64,000 bases of DNA from Syncephalis fuscata S228 (taxonomy: Eukaryota > Fungi > Zoopagomycota): positions 372,001 through 436,000 of the forward strand of contig JAHLTZ010000015.1 in the NCBI GenBank assembly GCA_025786725.1. Direction: 5' to 3'. The notes beneath the pieces are model-generated. The model saw only the letters and a list, made by a program, of their open reading frames with translations, was not told where the DNA came from and did not search any database. Positions 38,160-49,469 of the stretch are shown here, piece by piece. Both the position numbers and the translations under genes were made by a program. The number at the start of each line of letters is the position of its first letter. The stretch's first letter is position 1.

Positions 38160-39057
38160 ATGGCCAATCCTGTACGTGTCTTGTTGTTGTTTCAGCATTC
38201 TTGCTTAGTCCAACTATACTTAACAGTTAACCATTGTATTTATGAACTTTGAATTGCTTATAGATGATCAATGTTGTTATGATGCTGGGTATTATGCAGC
38301 TGGTAAGTGAATACAACTAGGTTTAAGGAATAAAATAAACTCAATATTATTTTATAGACAAAATGGTTTGATATGGAAGATCCATCTACTATCTTGTAAG
38401 TCTATAATATTTGATTAATAGCATTAGTTATTTATCAAATGATATTAGCTATTTCCGTATACTTTATGTATCGGTCCAAGCTACACTTTGTTTGGTTGCA
38501 TTAGCAATGATTAAGAAAGTCCAAGCAAAAAACGACCAAACACCACTGCGCTATCAAGAGGCACAACAGCCATTCTCGCAAGAGTAAGTGCAATAGCAGA
38601 TAATCACGGCCATAATACTTATATTATTATAGACCTCCCAACTTTATTACCACCACTGTATGCGAGTATGATCAACAACAGTTCTGGCAACAAATTAAAC
38701 AAGTAGGAACTTCGGTGGCTTTGCTCGGCTTTATTCACTACAAGTGGGGATACGTCCAGCCGCTTTTGCTGCAGTCTATTCTACCAGTCAAGTCTCTATT
38801 TGATAGCCCGGCCATTCAGGTGCATTTGCTAGGAAAACCAGCCGAGGGCGAACTTAAACGTCCCTGGAAGGCTGCTTCACCATTTGGGTAAGTATTATTA
38901 GGTGTGCAATGTAGCTAAAATAGTAACTAACCTTTTATGCAGTGCTTTCGGTAGCGGTGCTGCGGCCACTAATCCTACTGGAGTCGATGGCGTTGTTGAT
39001 GAGCGCAAGGCACGCCGAAAGGTGCAACGGGATAACAAGTCCAAGAAAGAAGAGTAA
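38160..39057 (+). CDS. PHO88: Pho88/Snd3 ER membrane protein (SRP-independent targeting), multi-exon
   Basis: KKVQAKNDQTPLRYQE, TTTVCEYD, FIHYKWGYVQPLLLQSILP, HLLGKPAEGELKRPW, KKEE* C-terminus. Confidence 0.88.
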
Positions 39058-40708
39058 ATCACACTTTAAAAGTTTTTGCGTTAAATCGGGCACAATGTCG
39101 TTTAACATGTTCTACTTGTTCTTGCTGTAGAGCTAACAATGGCAAATAAATAACAAATTTATTCATAATAATGCAAATATCATAATGTTGTGACAATTAA
39201 TAAATAATTTAATTGTTATTTTTAATGTTTATTATCCTAAATGCTCTAGTCTTGGATCAAGCAGTAACAAGCTAATTTAACCAATATTTATAGCATTTGC
39301 CATATAGACAATATACTACCTTTATACAGGCGCGGTCTACAGACAAGCAACTCACTCATCAAGTACTATTTTTCTCAATATTCTAACTAACAAAGTCATT
39401 AAATAATGCTTTTTTGTAACGCATTGTAATAATATTATTAAACTATTAATAACACCACCTTTTTACTTTGCATAAACATTTTATTTTTCAATTAAAGTAT
39501 ACTCACCAGATATTTGAATTGCTCGAAAAAGCATGTGATAGATAAAAAATTAATGTCAAAAATAAAGTGAATGTCTATTTAGAAAATAATTCCTAATATG
39601 AATGGTAATCTGAGCTTGGAGTAAGAATTGTTAGGTGGCTTGAACTAGTAGAAGATACTAAATCATAAAAGCTGGTGAAGGCTGGCCATTGATAATCAGT
39701 CAAATAACCGGGCACAACTTGTGTCAATTAAACTCTAAAGATGCAGACAAGGATAGATCGTTATTGAATCGTTTTTATTTTTTTTACCATTTATTACTAT
39801 TATTACTACAAGGTACAAACCGCCATGCTTTTTCTAATTATATATATATTCATAATAAACAGCATTGTCTTAACTGCTTATATTCGCACAAGCTCGCTAT
39901 TACTATTTTTTTTCGCATTGCATTCTTATTCAATCACAGCATTGATTATAAAGTAAACTTTGTCTTTCGCCATCATCTTCTTGGATGTGCTCGCCTGTCT
40001 AGCAGCATTAAGTGCTATTATTGATGTTTTAGACCTAACACCATGAACCTCAAAGACCGTCAGTATTGGTGCTTAATACAAACGAACTCTTGTCCTATCA
40101 TATCTGCTGATGTGCATTTGAAAGTAATTAAAAAACATATGCTTTTCTAGCTCTTTCAATTGGAGCTGTCTTTGTATTAACAATACTGCAATTAATGCTA
40201 CACAATATATACAATTTATTTATTTTTCAGCGCGACTTGGAACAGTACACAAAAAAGTGGAAAAGTTTTGGTATTTGTGCTGAAGGGTGCCGCAGATAAT
40301 TTGTCCGTGTCACAATGCACGAATATCACGTTCAATTCGACGGACAATTCTGCCACTGATTCATTGCCTTCGGTTAGTTCTATCTTTGATGATGTTGGCG
40401 CACGTGAGTTTGATTTTGAAATTAAGGGAATCAGTTACCGTATCGTTGCCTCAGTTGCCATGACTATGACAGCAACTATTAATTTATAGCGGTAGACCTC
40501 CATGCACATAAGTTCATTTATTCATTTAACTATTTTTAATTTAGTAATAGCTGTAAACTAAAAATAAATGAATAAACCATTATAAATTTGATTTGAAAAC
40601 TGTTTACCAATCAATATAGCAATGATCTAACTTTTAATGTTATTTACTGAACATAAATAACTACATAAACGATTTAAATAGATGATGAGTCTATTGAATT
40701 AATTTGTG

Positions 40709-41778
40709 TTTAAATCATATTCACAATAAATATTAGCGTAGTATAATAACATTATCATTTCCATAGAATAGAATTGATTAGATGTAACAGAACATTGTAT
40801 TAGTAATAATTTTAAGCATTTAAATAAACAATGCAACATACTATTTGATTTTTTTGAAACATTTGAGACTAATTATTGTCGTTGGCCATGTGCAGAAAGA
40901 TTGATCGAATATTAATAAAAGCCATTGATCGCAATTCCATGTCGTTCCGCATTTGTTGTTATTGCATCTACATACAGCATGGATTCTTGCGCTTAAATGG
41001 TCTCTTTTATTTTACAATATGCTACTATTGCATTTTGGGCATATTGTGCTGTAACATCAATATTAATATAATTATTATAAAGTCGTTTATTAAACAACCA
41101 CTTTCCTATAGCCAATCTAACTAAATAAATGACATTTTGAACAATTAGTATTATAATGACATTATATATATATATATTAAAGCAATAATAAATATAACTA
41201 ATTAATTACACTATTGTATTGATAATTACACATGACTCAATTAATGTTGGATACAATATTATACATGTTATAGTGACGAATAAGTGTTTAATTGTATTTA
41301 AAGAAAAGGAGTGAAATGCGTAAATAAAAAACGTAGGAGTCAACGTATAATAACTTCCATATATTAAATACTTTATTGGTAGACTCATGTGATTTAGTGT
41401 CAAAAGATCAAAATTGACATTTTTTACTTGATTGAGCTACACATTTGTTATTCTACTAAACACGGAACTGATGGTGAGTGACATTAGATATCAATTATAC
41501 TGCTTTGAATACTTTACAGCAACAATAACATATATTAACATTTATCTATTTATTATATTCTATTGTAAGTGACATGAAATACTATTTAACATTTATTAAC
41601 ACTATATCAAATATTGAAAATAGTGCAAATTAATCAAAACTGATTAATTCAATCGGAGTTGATATGACACGCTTCAACAAATAGCACTTTTCAGTAGTAA
41701 AAACTGATCGGCGGTTTATTATTCGAATTATTAATTTTTCTGTCGTTAAGTTTAAGGATAGAGCCTCAAAGTAAAATA
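40709..41778 (-). mobile_element. Third Fanzor-derived element copy, inverted duplicate of 30984-32045
   Basis: About 1.06 kb of near identity; the same 65-aa incidental ORF is called at 31359(+) and 41403(-). Confidence 0.85.
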
Positions 41779-41993
41779 ACTCCATTTCCAATAAACATTA
41801 AAGTATGATATCGGTGGATAACTATTATCAAATGACTACATTTGATACCCAAATTGCTCTAAATAATTGTTCTAGATTTTATTCAACATGTGGTCTGAAC
41901 TATAAAGCTCACTATACTACTTTAATTACTATGACATTAATGATGAAATGTTATAATATCTGTTTATTAATAAACCAACTAAAAAGCAAATAT

Positions 41994-43527
41994 TTAGTGC
42001 ATCCATGACTTTTCCGTTGGCACAGTCCACTTTGTAGTGACCTTCTTGCGTAGCGTAAAGAATTCGACACCACCATCGCCTGTAATATCCATATCACCGA
42101 AACTACTGGCATTGATGCCGCCAAACGAGAATGGCTCACGTGGCACAGGTACACCAATATTCACACCCATCATACCGGCTGAAAAGCGTTTAGTAAACCA
42201 TTCAGCAACAGCACCGCTGCTTGTATAGATACAGGCAGCATTGCCATATGGATTGGCATTTTCAATTTCAATTGCTTCGCTCGCCGATTGACAAACATAG
42301 ATCGAAATGACTGGGCCAAAGATTTCGTCGTGAAGTGCACGATCTTTAGGCGATTTGTGCAGAATTACAGTTGGTCCAACCCAGCTGCCTGTGCGACTGG
42401 CCCAGCCACGTCCATCAACAAGGATCTGTGCACCTGTCTTTTCGGCTTCATCGATATAGCCGATGATACGGTCGCGTGATAATGGGTCAATAACTGGACC
42501 CACTTGACGAGGTCCAGTACCTGGTTGGAGAGAACTAGCCTTAGCACAAATACGTTCAAGTAGCTCAGGTTGTTCGCCAACAAGCAATAGTACCGATGCG
42601 GCCATACAGCGCTGACCAGCACAGCCAGAGAATGAATTGACAACATCCTGTGCTGTCATTTCAAGATCACAATCTGGCACGGCAACCAAATGGTTCTTTG
42701 CGCCGCCCAAAGCCAAACAGCGCTTGCCCAATGTTCGGCATTGGCGTGATACGATGTCTGCAACGGCTGTCGTGCCGACAAAAGTCACTGCTTTTACTTT
42801 GGGATGCTCGATAAGAAGCTGCGCTGTATCTTTATCGCCATTAACCAAGTTGATAACACCAGGAGGAAAGATTTTCGAGGCAATACATGCAACGCGGTTA
42901 AGTGTAAGTGGTACTTTTTCCGATGGCTTTAAAACTACAAATAATAATAAATCAACTACTATTATTACTATTGCTATTACTACTTACCAATAGTATTGCC
43001 ACATCCAACAGCAATGGGCAGTGTCCACATAGGCACCATGATAGGAAAGTTAAATGGTACAATCGATACGACAACACCTACAGCATCGCGTCGCTCTTGG
43101 CATTGAACACCGCGACTGACTTCGGCCGCGCGACCAGCAGCCACCTGTGGCAAACCAATAGCATACTCAACAGTCTCGATGCCTTTACGTACGCTGCCAA
43201 TAGCCTCGTCCTTTGTCTTGCCATGTTCTTTCACGACCAGCTCAGCAAGTTCGTCCTCATGAGCAATCAGCGCTTGATGAAAACGAATAGTATACTGGGC
43301 GCGATCCTTGAAGGTACGGTTGCTCCATGGGATGAAGGCATCAGACGCTGACTTCACAGCCGCGTCAACCTCGGCCTTCGTAGACAAAGGCACTTGAGTT
43401 ATAACATCGCCAGTATGTGGTGTTGTAACATCCAAATAACGCTTCTTTTCATCATCAATAGAGCTATCGAGCGGTACAAACTGATTGTTATAAAAGTTGG
43501 AAGTTGTTGAGGAATGTCGGCCGTCAT
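41994..43527 (-). CDS. Methylmalonate-semialdehyde dehydrogenase (ALDH6 family); one intron; apparent 1-nt frameshift near the start
   Basis: PFNFPIMVPMW, LGGAKNH, GCAGQRCMA, EIFGPV, GVNIGVPVP. ATG 43527 is one base out of frame with SNFYNNQFV. Confidence 0.9.
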
Positions 43528-44689
43528 TTTGTTATGGCGTTGAAAGCAGTAGTAAAGTGATAGTATTGTAGTAGAATAATGAGCAAAGATACAGGAACGA
43601 TAAAACGAAGAAGAGCGAAAGGCGTACGTATGCAGAAGACTTGACCCTGACGTACATGTCTTGTCACGTGATCGTGTCAGTGAGAAATGTGAGTTTTATT
43701 GATTGGATACTAAATGTATATGGAGATAAACAAACAAATTACCAATGTTGTTCTAATATAGCTGTATTTTATCTCTGTTAATTTATATAAAATAAAATCA
43801 ATGAATCTTTTATAAAACAAGATTTATTTTGAATTTTAAAAATGATAACTTTGAGAATAATTATAATTTTAAGATTGTATTGCAATGCTACCATAAAATC
43901 ATAGATTGGTGAGAATGTGTCAAAATTTTAACATTGATATCAACCCACGATTCCGTAATTCGGCTTTGACGTATTTTGGTTTAAGTTATTGCTGATTTTG
44001 ATGCATAAATTTATAATAAGCCATTATAATTATGCTAAATAAATTATTATTAATTAAGCTATGCTAAACAAGTAATTCTTGCATCAGATCACCACTGCTT
44101 TGTATGTTATAAACCATCTCTATACATTCAGAATCAACTAAATGATTTGATAAATAAATTTAGTGTCTTTACATTACTTCATAATCAATTGCCAAATTAA
44201 TACTCAAGTCCAATGCTTCATTATTGGGAATATCACTATGGAACAGCCAATAATTAATAACAGGAATTGACTGATGGCGGTAAGGCTTGTATTAATGATT
44301 GGTAGCACAGGGCTAGAAATAAACCGGTAATTCTTGTAGTTAAGCTGCAATGGCAAGTAGAATGATCACGTGAACCAATCAATATATTGCATGATTTAAT
44401 CATTGTAACTGGCTTATGCACAACAGTGTAAGCATGCAAAGAAACTCAATTTATTAATGTTGCTTTTGTATATGTGTTGTGCAGTTTGAAAGAATAATAA
44501 ATGGCTTTTATTTACCGGCTATTAATAAACCTTGTAGTCATCTATAAAATGAAGAGAATGCAGTTTGGTGTCAAAACAGACCTAATTCCATAAAAAGATT
44601 ATATCGGGGTTTGTTCAAAGGCAATGCACTATCTTACGAGTTATGCGCAGCTTGAAAGGATGTAGATATTGGGGATTAAAATGTTTTGG

Positions 44690-45739
44690 TGAAGACAACA
44701 GTAAAAGCACAAAGATGCATCGTCATTGCCTTCGTAGAACCCATAAATTTAGTCTGCGTTGTATGGTTGAATCATGCACAGCATAGTAAAGAATAGTACA
44801 CGGATTTCTACCATAGATGTACCGAATAATTGAAATTGCCGCGTTCTTTGTTCAAATGACAAACAGGTTGAATTAAAAATACAGCAACGGGCCTCATCAT
44901 TTTCGTAGAACCAATGAATTCTGTTTGCGTCATATGGTCGAGCTGGGGATTAATTTTTCGGTGAAAGCAATAACAAAACACAAAGACGTACCATCATTGC
45001 TTTCGTAGAACCAATGGACTCGGTTTGTGTTGCATGGTCAAATCATGCACAGCACAGTAACAACTAGCATGTGGATTTTTTACCATAAATTTATTGGATG
45101 ATTGAGATTGCCGCGTTCTTTGTTCAAAAACCAAACAGGTTGAATTAAAAATACGGCAATGGGCCTCATTCTTTTTGTAGAACCAATGGATTTAGTTTGT
45201 GTCATATGGTCGAGCTGGGGATTGATTTTTTGGTGAAGGCAATAACAAAGCACAAAGACGTATCATCACTGCTTCTGTAGGACCCATAGATTTAGCCTGC
45301 GTTGCAACCCATAAATTCAGTTTGGGTTGCATGGTCAAATCATGCACAGACAGTAAAGAATAGTACACGGATTTCTACCATAGATGTACCGGATGATTGA
45401 GATTGCCGCGTTCTTTGTTCAAATGACAAACAGGTTGAATTAAAAATACGGCAATGGGCCTCATTCTTTTTGTAGAACCAATGGATTTAGTTTGTGTCAT
45501 ATGGTCGAGCTGGGGATTGATTTTTGGTGAAAGCAATAACAAAGCACAAAGGCATATCATCACTGCTTCTGTAGGACCCATAGATTTAGCCTGCGTTGCA
45601 ACCCATAGATTTAGCCTGCGTTGCATGGTCAAGTCATGCACAGTACAGTAAAGGCAAGTACACGGATTTCTACCATAGATGTACCGGATGATTGAGATTG
45701 CCGCGTTCTTTGTTCAAATGACAAACAGGTTGAATTAAA
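44690..45739. repeat. Tandem repeat, about 4 units of 270-295 bp with internal sub-repeats
   Basis: Anchor attgccgcgttctttgttcaaa recurs near 44835, 45107, 45402 and 45697. Confidence 0.9.
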
Positions 45740-46104
45740 GGCTTGGTTGCACATTAGCATGTCATTAGTACATTGATATACGCATACTTCAAATCATCAT
45801 GTGAATACCTTTGAAGACTACCGTTGCATGTATAGAATGCACACTACAGCTATTCATCCATGCCTGCTAAATCGTCATATTAATGTATTTTATTGGTTTA
45901 CACTGTATTCAATGGTATATTCAATAGAATACACTGCTGGTGCTTCACAATAAATTTAATATAAATAGCCCACAAAATACACACAACTAACTAGCAGTAT
46001 CATCATCACATTCTGCTTTCTGCCAAATACTCACTCTACCTACTTTGCACCAAACATACTCTGTCGTTCACTCTACTTGTTTGTCTTAACAAATCAATCT
46101 CACC

Positions 46105-47469
46105 ATGAAGCTTTCTATTGCCGTCGTCTGCACCGTCTCGTGGCCCTTGTAGCCAGTACAGCCATGGTGGATGCTAAGCCAACTTTGGTTCGTCGTGGTA
46201 TGTTGTAGTCATAATAAATTTGATATGTTTACTAACACTATGTTCAACCAACGATGGTATTAGCTGGTAAGTTGTGATTAGGGATCATTGTTCCAGTGCT
46301 TACCGTATGTTATACAAATAATGGACATGGCAAATAGTTGGTAAGTGTTGATTGCACATAGTTATTGGCACAATAATTAATTGTTGTTTTTAATGTAAAA
46401 TAAATAAAATAGCACCATTGGCTAAAAGTAGGTTTAATATAAAACAAAATTATATTGCTGATACTAATATTGCCTATCTATACTAATAGGAGGTAAATAG
46501 CAATAAGAATAACTAATTAATTATGCACTAAATATATATCGCACATTTTGTATTTAATAACTTGTATTAATAGCTCGTAAGTGACATTGTACATTTATTA
46601 ATTATACACTAAATATATACTGTGCACTTTGGTGTTTGATAACTCGTATTAATAGTTGGTAAGTGGTATTGTATACCAATTAACTACGCACTAAACATAT
46701 ATCATTAATCGTGTATGGTTGGTGACTGTATTAATAGATCGTAAGTGGTATTGTATATTAATTGACTATACATTAAACATATACCATACATTTTGTATTT
46801 GATGAATTGTATCAATAGGCCGTAAGTAGTATTGTATACTAATTGACTATACACTAAATATATACCGTGCACTTTATGTGTTTAATGACTTGTATTAATA
46901 GGTGGTAAGTAGTATTGTATATTAATTGACTATGCACTAAATATATACCGTACATTTTGTATTTGATCCCTTGTATTAATAGGCCGTAAGTAGTATTGTA
47001 TACTAATTGATTATACACTAAATATATACCGTGCCTTTTGTATTTGATCCTTTGTATTGATAGCTCGTAAGTGGTACTATATTAATTAACTATAGGCTAA
47101 TTATATACCGTACATTTTGTATTTGATCCCTTGTATTGATAGGCCGTAAGTAGTATTGTATATTGGTTGACTATACACTAAATATATACCATGCACTTTA
47201 TGTGTTTAATGACTTGTATTAATAGCTGGTAGGTGGTATTGTATATTAATTGACTATGCACTAAACATATACCGCACATTTTGTATTTAATAACTTGTAT
47301 TAACAGCTAGTAAGTGCTATTATATATTAATTGTCTATGCGCTAAATATATACCGTGCACTTTGTGTGTTTGATGACTTGTATTAATAGCCAGTAAGTAG
47401 AGTTATATAATGTTAACTTATACGCTAATCGCATAATATTTTATATATGTATCGGCACTGATAGTATAA
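46105..47469 (+). CDS. Micro-exon gene (17 exons, 14 of 3 nt) encoding a 51-aa secreted precursor with Kex2-type dibasic sites
   Basis: Exon 1 46105-46197. Then CTG 46264, TTG 46338, 15 nt 46413-46427, GAG 46490, CTC 46574, TTG 46656, ATC 46738, GCC 46819, GTG 46902, GCC 46983, CTC 47064, GCC 47143, CTG 47226, CTA 47307, CCA 47390, and TATAA 47465. Each internal exon is flanked by YAG and GTA(A/G). Splices to ...VDAKPTLVRRAVAPLAKRALDRRGPRPATI*. The signal peptide needs one base restored near 46135. Confidence 0.85.
46490..47398 (+). repeat. Tandem array of about 11 intron+micro-exon units, period 79-84 bp
   Basis: Consensus gtaagtRgtattgtata...cactaaatatataccg...ttgtattaatag-NNN. Confidence 0.92.
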
Positions 47470-49469
47470 TTGGACTGCAAGTTATATATATTTTAGGTAT
47501 ATATTCGGCAAGAATCAAGATCATTTGACAACTACGCCATTCAGTCCATTCATATATCAAGTTCCATCCAATGCCCCGGTTTATTCAACCCTTAATCGAT
47601 GGACTCCTTATATTGCCAACATGTTTCTATTTTTCTGTACATGCTCAGCTATGCAGACTTAGTAATAAACATATGGTTTCATTTTAATTATGTTTGATTA
47701 AGCTATTATAGCTGTGTTTATATTCTATTTGCTTACAAAGACTAACATTAATTGATTAAATATATTGACAATAAACTTGTACAAATGCGCTATGTTAGTG
47801 AACAATGTAAACTAAAGTAATTGTAATAGCATTATTATTCAAATAGCAATTAGTATGTAGTCATTATTACTGAATAAAGTCGTCATTTGATTAACACAAA
47901 ACCACTACTAAATTACTGCTTATTCACGAACGATATAGATTGTATATAACAGCGTTACTATATCATTTGACTTGAATGTATGCAATGTTGTGAAATAGAT
48001 ACTGTATCATTGAACATTGTATAATTGGCACTTTTATGCTATTGGCTATAATGTTATTCAATTTAGCTAGTTAAACAATTGTATATTAAATGGACTGAGT
48101 GTGCGTACTAGTCAATGATACTGCTAGAGACAAAGGATATTAAGTGGAAAGGAAGCAAGATGGATGAAAATGAACAGTGAATGTCATTGGAATGAATGAA
48201 CAACGCAAGTAGTCGAATATCACTAATCAATATGCTGTAATTAAGTATAAGAAAACGAAATATTACATTGTAACTTTAATAACACTTTTACTTTTGTAAA
48301 TAAATTCTACTGAAATGCAAATGTTAATAATTAAAACAATTTTATATTATTTATCAGCTCAAATAAAAAGTAGACAAATGACTTGTAGGCTTGTATTGCT
48401 ACTATAAAACTCATGATATATTGTGTAAGAACATAGAAAACTGCTACAATGAAATGCAAATAGCCATTTTAGCTGCACATGACTAGTTGTTTGTTCATTT
48501 TTGAATTCAATAGGTTTTATTATGCTTTATACCTCAATAAGCTAATTATTTATTTACCAGCAGAATTAAAACAACATGGCTTTATCAACAATTTACAACA
48601 TCGGACCTAGACAACCATATATAATTCTACAATTATCCAGTACGTAATAAACAGATATTTTTATACATACTCGATTTACTTCATAATGATATTGAATTGC
48701 TATAGATGAATCTATCTTATACATGCTTATTCTATTACTTTGCACGTACTTTATGAATAGATACAATTATCATATTAATCCGATCTATCCCAGCCACTAT
48801 GATAGTATTGTATATCTTTGTTGATATCATTAACAAAATACTAGCAGTATCAGTTATATGTTGACATAAAAGCACTACTACCATATAACAACTCATGGAT
48901 CCTGATAATGACTAGTCTATTCATACAATACTTTTATTTCTCTAATTCTTTATTCATTTCCCTCCCTTGTATATTCATTCTATTATATATCGTTCTATCC
49001 TGTACTGACCACACTCTATTTAAAACTACGTTTGTATAATTCTAGCCTTATTTGCTATAAACTTTGACTCATGTCGCTCATTGAGCCATATAAATTATAG
49101 CTTCTTTTATTCATTCATTCCGTTCTATGCTATCCTATGCCTCACCAACTATTAATTATTAATAAAGGCTGTTTCTTTGTCATTAGTCATATTCTTTGTA
49201 GAATTCAACATGGTCCACTTAAATATAGTATACTTTATTATTAATAGCTATACTTTCTTTAATTATTCGCTTAACTATATATTGTTTTATTTTTCGCAAA
49301 ATAAAATGTGAGTCTCTAATAATGATTATAAAGCATACCATAAATAAATATCAAACACAATCTATTTAATTATACAAATTATAAAAAAAGAATACAACAA
49401 CAAAGTTTAATAAAGGCGTCTTTTTCCATATTAACGATAGTTCTACACGTCAGGATAAACCATCTTCTA

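Noticed and set aside
39960-40489. Possible small secreted gene around the 73-aa ORF 40268-40489
   Set aside because: I could not build a consistent start and splice model or recognise a domain.
46904-47227. Predicted peptide begins GPRP, the known fibrin-polymerisation inhibitor motif
   Set aside because: A four-residue match is easily coincidental, and nothing here suggests a vertebrate host.
46490-47398. CRISPR-like array (conserved repeats with variable inserts)
   Set aside because: The variable part is only 3 nt and is bounded by splice signals; the context is eukaryotic with no cas genes.
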